Assembly (NCBI GenBank): GCA_964016885.1
Contig: OZ024743.1
Coordinates: 316,634,001 to 316,698,000, forward strand
Length of the DNA stretch: 64,000 nt
Direction: 5' to 3'
Source: Eledone cirrhosa
Taxonomy: Eukaryota
The notes under the pieces are model-generated. The model did not search any database. It saw only the letters and a list, made by a program, of their open reading frames with translations, and was not told where the DNA came from. Made by a program: the position numbers and the translations under genes. Shown here piece by piece: positions 1 through 13,099 of this stretch. Position 1 is the first letter of the stretch, and each line of letters begins with the position of its first letter.

Positions 1-6
1 TATATA

Positions 7-38
<32 letters not shown>

Positions 39-661
39 CATACACATATACATAGACATATATGTACATACATACACATACATACATACATATACACACA
101 TATATATATATATATACACACATAGACACATACATACATACACACACAACTTACATACACACATATATACACATACATAGACATAGATATATATTCATAC
201 ATACATACGCACTTACATATACTCATATATACAAATACATACGCATCCATATATGCGTATATACATACAAACACCACTACACTCTCACACAACTCAGACA
301 TACAAAGAAAAAGGTATATACATATACATATATACACACATTAATAGAGATACATATACACATATATATATATATATATATACACATACATTTATATATA
401 TACACCCACACACACATACAACCATAAACACACATACAAACACACACATACACACATATATACATACATATATATACACACACACAAAAAACACACATAC
501 ACATATATATTTTTACACATATATATACATATATATACATATACACACCCTCACATATACACACATACACATAAGTTATATTATAATAATAAATAATATA
601 TATATATATATATATATACACATACGAATATAGACATATATACACACATAGATATACATAC

Positions 662-693
<32 letters not shown>

Positions 694-861
694 TCACATA
701 TATATGTGCGCACACGTACATATATACACATACACACATATACACATAAACATATACATGTGCATACATGTACATACACACATATACCCACATAGATACG
801 AAGATAGACATATATATAGAGAGACATACATATATATACACATATGTATATACACATACAT

Positions 862-902
<41 letters not shown>

Positions 903-1020
903 TACACGCCCACACACATATACACATATACACATATATATATATATATACATATACACATATATATACACATGCATATATACACATATATATATATATA
1001 CACACATATATATACACACA
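1..1020. repeat. Compound (TA)n/(CA)n microsatellite tract
   Basis: Nearly continuous alternating purine-pyrimidine dinucleotides; the Y/I/H/T-rich ORFs here are artefacts. Confidence 0.95.
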
Positions 1021-1690
1021 ATCTTACATTCTTATTTGCATGCGCATATATGTATTTTTATATTCAGATATAAATACCCAAACATATATACACCTACCTA
1101 CATATATATTCATACATACACGCTTACAAACACAGATGATAATGGTATGGGGGAAAGGGGGGGGGGTGGAGAAGGGGATTATAGTAAATATATGTTTCAA
1201 GAAACATAGAATATTATCTGTATCTGGATCCCAATATATGTTTTTACATAGTTTCAGTGTTAGGAAATACAAGAAATAAGGCAAAATTATGCATTTCAAA
1301 ATAAGTATACCATTAATTATATGTTAACTAAACTAAAGATAGTTAACATATTGATTTCTAAGGTGTAAATTAGTTAGGTTTATAATATTTGAAGCAGAAT
1401 TTTGAAGTTAAATAGTAGTAGAGTATTAATTATAGTATAACTAAATTAAAGTTATTAACGTTATGGTATCAATATTAGGAAATGAATTTAGTAATAGGGA
1501 AAAAACAAATAAAGTATTACATCGGTAGTAGAATATAAATTATAGGTTAACTAAATTAAAAATTATATATTAATTTCTATAGTATATGTTAATTAGGTAT
1601 ATAATAAATAAAACAGATATTGTATTTTATCAATAGCAGAATATAATTATATGCAAATAGAAATCAAAATTAATACATATACATATACAT

Positions 1691-1773
<83 letters not shown>

Positions 1774-2265
1774 TACATACACATACATATACATACATAG
1801 ATATACATATTTTTTCAAAAATTGCAAAGAATATATTAACTAGGTATACATCCAAAACACATCCCATTCTATGATTACATGACACTCTGCAATCCGTCTG
1901 TATAAGGATACTAATTTTAAGCCAATTAAATTAAATTTTTAGGTTGACTAAATTTAAAACCAAATTATAAATATATTTCTAAAATGTATATTAATTAGGT
2001 CTATAATACTAAAAATTATTTCTCTGTCATTGGATACACGATATTTTGTTATATTTTATCTGTAAAGGAATTTTAATAAAAGGTTTAAATAAATTAAAAT
2101 TAATCTATAAATTAAATTACTAAGTATATATTAGTAATATTTAAAGGTTTTTCACAATTTATGATTACACAATATTTTATATTCTCATCTGTAGTAGAAT
2201 TTTAATTAAATTAAATTTATAGGTTAACTAACATTTAAATTAAATTAATTTCTAAAATAATGTTA

Positions 2266-4194
2266 TTAATTAGGTTTATAATATTTAAATGTTTTTTTTA
2301 GTTTATGATTACACGATATAATTAATTCCTGTCGTTTATTTAATAGGATATCCTTAGATTTCATTATTTCAAATAGTTCTTGGGAACATAATCTACATTC
2401 ATTTCTATTTTGATAAGGGGTGGCTCTTTTGAGCACACTCCAGGTCAAATCATATTCTATATTCTTATTTTTATAACTATTGATTTTTTCTGCTAGAGAT
2501 GTTGTATTAGCCAGTGCGGCATTTTTAAAACTATGCTTGTGGGTATTAAACCTTGTCTTAAAATTGTTAGAGGTAGCTCCTATATATGAGCAAATAGAAT
2601 CTTTAGTTTTAACATTACATTTATAGACTATGTTGTTAACAAGACAATTCCCTTTTAATGGGCAGTTTGCTTTGTTTCTACAGTTACAACCTTTCGTTAA
2701 TTCTGTATTTGAGGAGATATTATGGTTAATTTGATGTACTGGTGGTATACTTATGGTTTTCTTACATTTATATGCATTATAGGCACTTATATTTTGTTTT
2801 ATGTTATTTGTTGTTGAGTATGAGAATTTAACTGTAGACCTATTTAAGATTTGATGGTATTTGTGGTTTGGCGGGAAGTTTTTCTCTAGGATATAAAAAA
2901 ATTTTTTAGCAATATTATCCTTAATTTGTAAATTAAATGGGGCATTATACCAAGTAACCCGTCTATTACGGTTTCTATGTTGTTTATTATTTTTATTATT
3001 TTTATAGGTTGTATCGTGATGTTTACTAGGAGGATTAATGTTAATGATCTCACCACAACCATTTTTAGTTATATTTGTAGATTTAGGTGTTTTATCTTTT
3101 TTATTAGGAGTTTTATTATTAATATTTATTAGAGTTGTATGATGAGTAGTTTTTTGAGAGTTACTATATTTTATATTAGAAGATTTGGTATTTTGGGGTA
3201 TAGTGTGGGTGGCATTTAGGTGTGTACTTTTCATTTGGTGTTTGTTGGTAATATTAGGTTGTATGCTTTTAGTATTTTTAGTAGAAGGTATATATTCTAA
3301 TCTATTTTTGTGGCCACTTCTATCTAGAGCTTCGTTATAGAAGGTCGCATTTTTATCAAATACATCTTGGTTAGAAGAAAGGTTAGAAATTCTAAGTGAT
3401 ATATTATATGCCAGGTTTTTAAGGATAGATTTAGGGTGATTAGATTGTGAGTGTATGTAATGTAAGTTTTGGTTTGGTTTATGGTAAGGTTGGTAGATAC
3501 CCGTAGCTAAATCTAAAGTTATATCTAGGAAATTTACTACTTTACTTGTTTTTTCAAAAGTAATATGAAGATTATAATAGTCTTTAAGGAAAGTTCTAAT
3601 ATGTTTTTTGTTTTTTTCAATTTCTGAAAGGCTAAGGTTGTTAGAAAGAAGAAGACAGTCATCACGATATAAACCACCTTTGAGGTGGGGAAAGGAGGCA
3701 TTTATGTTGAAAAGGAGAAAGAGGCCCACAAGATCAGTAATTTGGGCGGAATCGCTTGAACCCATAGTAATATCAAATAGATTACTATATGTGTTTCTGG
3801 TCCAGTATTCATTCTGAAATTCAATAAGTGTTAGTCTAGCATGTGTAATAATATTAATGTCATCCAAAGTTAAGTTAGATCTATTTTTAGCAAATATCAA
3901 TGCTTTGTTCAGGAGTATAGGTGATATAGAAGAATAGTAATTATCTATATCAAATTGTAGAAATGAAGCAGAAGATTTACATCTAATATTTTTAAACCAG
4001 TTAATTACCTGGGAGGTGTTTTCCCAGAGTGGTAAAATAACGTGTTTTCTTATTTGTGGGATGACTCTATCCAAAATTTTTTTGCTAATTATTCCAATAT
4101 CTGATTTGGAAGGACATATAAGTCTTATAGAAGGATTTGAGTTAAAGTTTGATTTATGATCCTTCAGGTTGAAGTGTGGTCTTTTCAATGCCAC
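2266..4194 (-). mobile_element. 5'-truncated Penelope-like element (Naiad type): RT plus C-terminal GIY-YIG endonuclease, 642-aa open frame
   Basis: RT motifs LKDHK..NP.IRLI.PSKSDIG, QFDIDNYYSSIS, FDITMGSSDSAQ and GGLYRDD; thumb FLDITLDL..YQPYHKPN..YIHSQSNHP; linker WYNAPF; CNCRNKANCPLKGNC; IVY..YIG..FKTRFNTH; C-terminal CRLC..LNKRQE..C.H. The frame starts inside the RT. An AT-rich degenerate-repeat 3' region runs toward ~1300. Confidence 0.93.
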
Positions 4195-4407
4195 ATATAT
4201 ATCCTAGAAACGATCGTTAAATAATGAACTTTTTTTGTTTAATATAAGGAACTGTTTCATTGTTTTATTCATTATTTGTTTAATATTTTATATATATATA
4301 TGTGTATATGTATATATATGTGTATATGTATATATATGTGTATATGTATGTATATGTGTATATGTATATATATGTGTATATGTATATATATATATATGTG
4401 TATATGT

Positions 4408-5134
4408 ATCATCATCATCATCATCATCACCGTTTAACGTCCGTGTTCCACGCTTGCATAAACGAACTAAGGAAAAAATTAGAAATAAGAGGGATCGGAT
4501 GTTGTTTACTCGAGAGAAGGCTACGTTGGTATGGACACGTGATGCGCATGAAAGTCGATAGCTGTATAACAAAGTGCAGGGCAATAAAGATAGACGGTAG
4601 CCACGGAATAGGCAGACCTAGAAAAACCTGGGACGAGCTGATAAACTCCGACCTCACACACTTACACCTCTCCAAGACAATGTCACTGGACCGAGACCTT
4701 TGGCGGTACTCAGTAACAGAGAAGACCCGCCTTACCTAAATACATAGTAAAACCTACTGCAGCCAGTAGGCATCTCTAACAAAATAACCCCCCCCCCCCC
4801 CGTCCCACCACCACCACCCCCACCTCATCCACACCACCCCGTTCTATGTAAAGTTATGTTGGTGCCACACCATCCAGGCCGAAACAAATGAGATCGTGTA
4901 GGTGTCACGACAAAAAAACACACAGTCCACGCTGTAATGTGGCCGTGTAGGCAACACGGTAAAAACCTCCCAGACCCACACTGTAAATGTGGTTGGTGTT
5001 AGGAAGGGCATCCAACTGTAGAAAACCTGCCAGACAGTCCTATGCGAGCAAGACAATCACTCTTGCCTCAAGTGGGACTACCCCCGTCCAAACCCATGCA
5101 AGCGTGGAACACGGACGTTAAACATTGATGATGA
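4408..5134 (+). mobile_element. RTE-clade LINE 3' fragment with an inverted copy of its own 3' terminus at the 5' end
   Basis: 4457-4739 encodes RRLRWYGHVMRM..GRPRKTW..DRDLWR. The 3' UTR ends GGACGTTAAAC-(ATG)n at ~5113-5134; 4408-4459 is the reverse complement of that end. Confidence 0.9.
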
Positions 5135-5159
5135 TATATATATATGTGTATATATATAT

Positions 5160-7590
5160 ATCATCATCATCATCATCGTTTAACGTCCATATTCCACGCT
5201 TGCATGGGTTTGGATGGGAGTTTTCCCACTTGAAGCAAGATTGGTTGTCTTGCTCGCATAGGACTGTCTGGCAGGTTTTCTACGGCTGGATGCCCTTCCT
5301 AACACCAACCACATTTACAGTGTGGAACTGGGAGGTTTTTACCATGTTACCTACACGGCCACATTACAGCATGGACTGTGTGTTTTTTTGTCGTGACACC
5401 TACACGACCTCATTTGTTTCAGGCTGGATGTTGTGACACCAACATAACTTTACATAGAACGGGGTGGTGTGAGTAGTGGGAAGGGGGTGTATTTTGTTAG
5501 AGGTGCCTACTGACTGTAGTAGGTTTCACTTTGTACTTAGGCAAGGCGGGTCTTCTGTATTACTATGTAGCGCCAAAGCTCTCGGTCCAGTGACATTGTC
5601 TTGGAGAGGTGTAAGTGTGTGAGGTCGGAATTTATCAAGTCGTCCCATGTTTTTCTGCGTCTGCCTACTTTGTGGCTACCGTCTATTTTTATTGCCCTGC
5701 ACTTTGTTATACAGCTGTCGTCTTTCATGCGCATCACGTGACCATACCAACGTAGTCTTCTCTCGAGTAAACATCTGATCCCTCTTATTTCTAATTTCTC
5801 CCTTAGTTCATTTATGCTTTGCCGTTCACATATATTACTATTACACATCCAGCGGAGCATGCAAGCTTCGTTTCTCTGCAGTCTGCGTATATCCTCTGCA
5901 CACAATGCCCAGGTCTCACTGCCATGTAACATTGCTTTTCATATGCAGGCATCATACAGCCTGCCTTTCATTTTTAGAGATAACCCTTTAGCGGCCAATA
6001 GTTGTATAAGCTCTCTGAACTTTTTCCATCCCGTTCTGACTCTAGCTACTGTACTTTCAGAGCACCCTCCACCACTGCTGATTTTATCACCCAGGTAACG
6101 GAAGCTGACCCCTATTTCTATAGGACCATCTGTGCAATGGAATGAGTTAGTATTCTGTGGGCACTTGCTGCTACTTATTGCACCAGAGCACCGACCACAT
6201 ATAAAATCTATATTCTTAGTTAGCTTACCTGTGATCCCACTACATCAATTATGTACCCATACTTTGCATTTGGGACATAAAATGGAGTTTCTACCTACTC
6301 CTTTCCTACACACTGAGCATGGCCATTTCCCAGATGGGACCGATGCCCTATTTTCCTTCCTACAAACTAGAACTTTAGTCTTAGACAAGTTAACTTTAAG
6401 GCCTTTTGATTCTAGGCCATGCTTCCATGTTTGGAATTTCTTCTCTAGTTCGGCCATTGATTCAGCTATGAGCGTTAGATCATCTGCATATAGGAGTTCC
6501 CATGGGCAGCCGGTCTTGAACTCCTCTGTTATAGCCTGAAGGGAAATAATAAATAGTAGGGGGCTAAGGACGGAGCCCTGATGAACACCAACTTTTACGC
6601 TAAACTCTTCACTATATTCGTTGTTAATTCTAACCTTGCTGACTGTTTCTTTATACCTGGCTTGTATAGCTCTCACAAGCCATTCATCAACACCTAGTTT
6701 TCTAAGGGACCACCAGATAATCGAGCGGGGTACTCTGTCAAAGGCTTTCTCCAAGTCAACAAAAGCTAAGTATAGGGGTTTACTTTTAGCTAGGTACTTC
6801 TCCTGTAGTTGTCGTACAATGAAAAGAGCATCTGTTGTACTTTTTCCTGACACAAACCCGAACTGCATTTCGTCTCGATCAATTCGCTCTCTGATTAGTT
6901 GCGCTATTACTTTTTCTGTGACCTTCATGACCTGGTCGATTAATTTAATGCCTCTATAGTTACTCCTATCTAGGGCATCACCTTTACCCTTGTAGCAGTT
7001 AATGATGATGCTGCTGCGCCAGTCCTTCGGAACGACCCCATTCTGTATGACTTGGTTTACTATCCGGGTGACCATAGTGTGTCCCACCGTTCCAGATGCT
7101 TTCAGCATTTCGGCAACTATTTCCAAAGGCCCGGCCGCCTTGCCCGTCTTCATGTCTTTGATCGCCTTACTTATTATACTACCTTCAACTAGCACTGCTG
7201 GTCCCTCTATTGGGTCAATGTGGGGGAGACTGTCTTTCTCCCAATTATTCTCCTCATTTAGTAGCCTTTCGTAGTGACACTTCCAAGCTTCCTTCTTTTC
7301 AGCGTCAGTGATGGCAAGTACACCATCATCATTTAGGACACACTTCTCCCCGACAATATCACTGTTTTCCTTGACACATTGCCTAGCAATCCTGAACACC
7401 TCACGTTTTTGGTCCTCGCGTTGTAGAACATGCTTGAACTTTCTTTCCTCTGCTTCCCTTCTTGCAAAGTACACTTGTCTCCTAGCTTCCCTCCTGGCCA
7501 CTTGATAGTCTTCTCTACTTCCCCCATCCTGCCATGCTTTCCAAGCCTGCTTTTTGGCCTTGAATGACCCCTCCACCTTACTGTTCCAGT
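5160..7590 (-). mobile_element. RTE-clade LINE, 5'-truncated; RT with an inserted PHD-type zinc finger and two in-frame stops
   Basis: Motifs NYRGIKL, QFGF, AFVDLEKAFDRV, GVHQGSVLSPLLF, LLYADDL, then C4HC3 (CSVC..CPKC..VH.*C..CGRC), FRYLG, YDAC, HGSETW and RLRWYGHV, all in one frame with TGA at 6245-6247 and 5939-5941. (CAT)n tail at 5161-5176 on +. Confidence 0.93.
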
Positions 7591-7799
7591 ATATGTATAT
7601 ATATATATATATATGTATATACAACTTTGATGGTATCCAATGGTGTTGACTTGTTCTTCTTTTTGGTAAATATCATCTTGGTTAAGAGAGTGGGACTGGC
7701 TTTGTGCAGTGCCTTTGCTCACTATAAAAGCTTCACGGCACAGGCATTGCTTTATATCTGGAGATCTCTCTGCACTTGTCGTCACATGGTACCATGGGC

Positions 7800-7960
7800 C
7801 CAGCACTATGTGTCAATAATTGTCACAAGTGTAGTGTTTGTACCAGAGTTTTCAAGTCGCTGGCTGGACTAAAAAGTCACACTCGTTTAGCGCATCGGTA
7901 GGGGTTCTCCTGCATGGATATAAAGTAGTGGCCGTACTCGAAAACGAGTTGGCAGCCATC

Positions 7961-7962
<2 letters not shown>
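7800..7962 (+). mobile_element. 3' end of a second RTE family (C-terminal C2H2 finger, terminal stem-loop)
   Basis: 7821-7901 translates as [26 protein letters not shown]. It is followed by an ACTCG-AAAA-CGAGT hairpin and GCAGCCATCAT running into (TA)n. Confidence 0.7.
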
Positions 7963-9006
<1,044 letters not shown>

Positions 9007-9167
9007 AGGTAAATATACACGGGTGTGTATGATTGTGTATAGAAGATTATATTAATAAGAGGAATTCCAACTTTGTCTGATTTACTCGTTTTATTTACAA
9101 TCCTTTAAAATATATAATGGTATTATAATGAAATAGTATGATAGAATATTAAATTCTAAGTGTTAAT

Positions 9168-9206
9168 TGAACAAGTACTTTCATGCTTTCACAATCTTCA
9201 GGTTCA
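9168..9206 (-). ncRNA. Minimal type I hammerhead ribozyme (mirror copy)
   Basis: Same motif on -, with stem II UGU-GAAA-GCA (U-G wobble replacing C-G). Confidence 0.8.
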
Positions 9207-9288
9207 TAATATGTGGTGACAGTCGAGTTTGCAATTTTCAACTGTGACAATTGTTGAAAATTGCAAACTCGACTGTCACCACATATTA

Positions 9289-9327
9289 TGAACCTGAAGA
9301 TTGCGAAAGCATGAAAGTACTTGTTCA
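9289..9327 (+). ncRNA. Minimal type I hammerhead ribozyme
   Basis: UGAAC-CUGAAGA-U-UGC-GAAA-GCA-U-GAAA-GUAC-UU^-GUUCA: stem I UGAAC/GUUCA, intact core, GNRA-capped stem II, palindromic stem III AAGUACUU. Confidence 0.85.
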
Positions 9328-9926
9328 ATTAACACTTAGAATTTAATATTCTATCATACTATTTCATTATAATACCATTATATATTTTAAAGGATTGTAA
9401 ATAAAACGAGTAAATCAGACAAAGTTGGAATTCCTCTTATTAATATAGATATAGATATATATATAGATATCAAACAGAAAGTTATTTGTCACTAATATAC
9501 TTGGGCATCTCAATGAAAAGTTAAGCATCAAATCAGTGAAGCATTTAAGCATAAAACATCCACTGGGAGTGATTGCAAGCTAGTGAAATTTTTTAATATT
9601 TTTTTGTCTAATTTGTATTCCCCCCAATCAATGTTTTGGCATTGGATCAAATATATAAATATATATAAGAAGTGGCACTAACATATCGCATGTGCTTTCA
9701 TATATACTCTTATGATATATATCTATTACATTCTGGGTTCAAATCCCGCTGAGTTCAACTTTGCCTTTCACCCTTCTGTGATCGATTAAATAAATACCAG
9801 TCAAGTGCTGGGATCGGTATAATCGATTTTCCCCCTCCCTACGAATTATACACACACACACACATACACAGTCACACACAATAATATACATCAATCTACT
9901 TCTCTGTGTAATTATTTCTTCTTCAG

Positions 9927-10032
9927 TTTCTTCATGACTGGTTACTTACCTGTTGGATTTGAATTTGCTGTCGAGATTACATTTCCAGAACCTGAAGGAA
10001 CATCATCTGGTCTAATGAATGCCTCTGCACAG
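9927..10032 (+). CDS. FLVCR: Exon of an FLVCR/SLC49-family MFS transporter
   Basis: ttcttcttcag|T TTC TTC ATG...GCA CAG|gtaaca; encodes [35 protein letters not shown], the conserved FLVCR1/2 C-terminal signature. 106 bp, phase 2 to 0. Confidence 0.95.
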
Positions 10033-10499
10033 GTAACAAAACATACTTTTATTGTATTCTTAACAATTTTTATTACTATTATTATTTTCGCCCCTGTCAT
10101 TCTTGATAATGAGGACTCTCATTATGATGTTGTCTTCACTGCCTTTCCTCTCACTGGGCAAGTTGCACTTCTGAAAGAGAGTCACTATTCTTTGTCTGTT
10201 TTCTCCAGGTACTCCGGTCTGCTGTCAGGTTGTGCTATATTGAGAGATTGAAACTAAATGTTTTCAGATTCTCTTTAAGCCTTTGGAGATGGAGCTCTTT
10301 TCACAAGCCCTACAGAGGGCATGCACTTATTTTAAAAAAAAAAAATGTTTAATAAACCACATGATAAATAAAACACAGCAAACTATCATGGAAGCCACCA
10401 TTGAAAGGCTCAGATGTGGAAGAAACAATCTGACTGGCTGGTATGAAAACTAGCCAGTTAATCTCAAGGCTTGTACTAGCGGGCCGATAGATCAGCTCT

Positions 10500-10740
10500 G
10501 TCTACTAACGGTTAATGCAGTGTTTCCATGGGTGGCCTCTGCTTCTCTTTCCACTTGTTAATTCACCAAACAGGATTAGCTTTGGAATGTGACTATCTTC
10601 CATTTGGTATACACAGCCAAGCCATCTGAAAAGGTTGTTCCGGATCATTGTTTCAACCGTAGTTGTCCTTGCACAGCATAAAACCTCTGTATTTGTCCTC
10701 TTGTTCCACCAGCTAAACAATATGTTGCAACTAATAGTTG
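10500..10740 (-). mobile_element. Degenerate RTE RT C-terminal fragment
   Basis: RWLGCVYQMEDSHIPKLILFGELTSGKRSRGHP resembles the RTE motif RW.GHV.RM..RIPK.LLYGEL..GKR..G.P. Confidence 0.8.
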
Positions 10741-11219
10741 TTAACTGCCTCCATCAAATATAATTGGATGGTCCTGTAACTCCTTATTCATAAATTATTC
10801 ATAAAAATAAATACATATAATAAACTGATGGAATACTTGTTCACTGCAAATAAAGAATATATAAGTAGAAAGAAACAAGCAAACATTTGTTTTTATTAGT
10901 TTTGTTAGTGAGAGTGAGCCCAAGTGAACCTCCCATAACCTTAGTTTTTAATTAGTTACCAAATTAAGATGATTTAGTTAACCATACACCTTTGTTACCA
11001 AAGAGTGCACTGTACCACCAAGCTGGTGGCAGTTGGTGATTTAATACAGCTGTTGATTACTGTCCTACTGACATATTTAGCTGTGACTATCAATGCATTG
11101 ATACATTGAAAATTATTGTGTTCAATTAAATTATTTGTTATATATGTTTAATGTAGAAAACATGGGAGGAGTTGCTGTTGCATTTATATGTATGTCTCCA
11201 TGATAAAATACACCCAATA

Positions 11220-11445
11220 CACTCTGTAAAGTGCTAGTGCCATGATAAAATGTATCAGGTCAGCACTCTAAAGTGGTAGTACTGATGCCATAATAAAATA
11301 TCCCCAATACACACTGAAATGAAATAGTGGTGGTGTCATGATAAAATGTATCCCGCACACTCTGTGAAGTGGTAGTAAACGTGCCATGATAAAATACACC
11401 TGGTCTACTTTGTAAAGTAGAAAGAACATCCAACTGTAGAAACCT
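11220..11445 (+). repeat. Degenerate ~45-bp tandem repeat derived from a LINE/SINE 3' tail
   Basis: About five copies of GTGCCATGATAAAAT..CCC..ACACTCTGTAAAGTGGTAGT, ending in the CATCCAACTGTAGAAAC tail motif. Confidence 0.65.
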
Positions 11446-11799
11446 TACTAAATATGGAACATTTGAGCTATATATCCCATTTTGTCTTTGTTGACTTCAA
11501 AAAGCCAAAATGGAGTAAATAGAATGAGATTAGAACAAAGAGGAGAGAGCATAGTCATTGAGAAGGTCACATGTGTGACAAAAGCTTTGATAATTTATTA
11601 AACTAACCAATGAATGAATTAATTACTGAACTAATAATAACTGAAGTGAAACTCAACCAGTGTATGTGACCCTCCCAAATTATGATTATGTATATATATA
11701 TATTCATTTTATTAAGGCTAAATAGTGAGTCTATAAAATATAAATACAAACAACGTAAAAATATATATATACACCCATACACACATACAAACACATACA

Positions 11800-12475
11800 C
11801 ATCATCATCACCATTTTACGTCCGTTCTTCCACGCTAGCATGGGTTAGACAGGTTGTCCTGTTGTGGGCAGTGTCCAGTCGGCTGACCATGTCTTGCTCA
11901 TACGGGAACTGATTCTGGCTTGATTTCTACAGCTGGATGCTCTTCCTAACACCAACCTCATTTACAGTGAGTGGTGGGTGCTTTTTTCCATGGCACCTAC
12001 ACGCCCACTTTACAGTGGGAGGGTGTGGGGGCATATTGTCTATATGCTTCAGCTTTGGCTTGTACCCGTGGGGGGGGGGTCTTCTGTATTACTGCATGAT
12101 GCCAGAGGTCACGGTCGTGTGCTATTGCCTTTGAGAGGTGTAATTGGTTAAGGTCAGCTTTTATCACCTCATCCCAGGTCTTCTTGGGTCTCCCACTCCG
12201 CGGCTTCCATTGACTTCTAGTGCTCTGCACCTTTTTATGCAGCTGTCATCCTTCATACGCTTCACATGTCCATACTAATGCAACCGCCTCTTCTGCACAC
12301 AGCATTTGATTCCTCTTATGCTCAGTCTCTCTCTCAATTCGTTTATGATTTGACATTCGTGTATATTACTGTTACACATCCATCGGAGCATGCAGGCTTT
12401 GTTTCTTTCTAATCTACGCAAGTCTTCCACAGACAGCGCCCAGTTCTCACTACTATGTAACATTGCTGTTCGTAT
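11800..12475 (-). mobile_element. RTE 3' fragment, same family as 5160-7590
   Basis: Encodes AMLHSSENWAL..ACMLRWMC..RRLH and GRPKKTWDEVI; (CAT)n tail at ~11800 on +. Confidence 0.85.
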
Positions 12476-12620
12476 ACACACAATGTATATATATAAAAAA
12501 ATAAATATATATACATGTATATGTATATATATATACACACACATATACATATATACACACATCCACATACATACATGCTTATAGATACATAACCTATGTA
12601 CATACGTACACATGCGCACG

Positions 12621-12658
<38 letters not shown>

Positions 12659-13099
12659 GAAAAAATCAACACACGCATGGATATATTCATATATACGTAA
12701 ATCCATACACACACACATATATATATATATACATATGCATATATATATACACACACACACACACACATATGCATATACGCACATACAAACATGCATGCAT
12801 ACATATACGTGTGTGTGTATGTGTGTATAAACATATAGGCAGACAAACTATATATACACACACACTCGCAGGAGGGAGTATAAAAAAGGGGTACCAAAAA
12901 ATGAAAAGGCATACTCACAGATCCATGCTCAAAAAAAAAAAAATATTACAAAAATTGTGTAAATACACATACATACATAAATATATATACACACATATAT
13001 ATATATATATATATATACACATACAAAAGATATTCACACATATATATATGTATAAATACACATATATGTGTATGTACACATAAGCCTGTCTGCATATGC

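Larger units (their letters stand above)
9048..9447. mobile_element. Palindromic PLE pseudo-LTR fragment (195-bp arms, 10-nt loop)
   Basis: 9048-9242 is the reverse complement of 9253-9447 with one mismatch seen. Each arm holds a hammerhead motif; both flanks are TA/GATA repeats. Confidence 0.85.

Noticed and set aside
5939-6247. In-frame TGA codons in the RTE as selenocysteine or readthrough
   Set aside because: Both fall where Arg is expected (H.RC, C.R), which fits CGA-to-TGA decay. The PLE ORFs here also have no in-frame TGA at Cys positions, although some Naiads are selenoproteins.
10033-10251. Continuation of the 105-aa ORF beyond NASAQ
   Set aside because: Intron read-through; homology stops at the GT donor and resumes at 14776.
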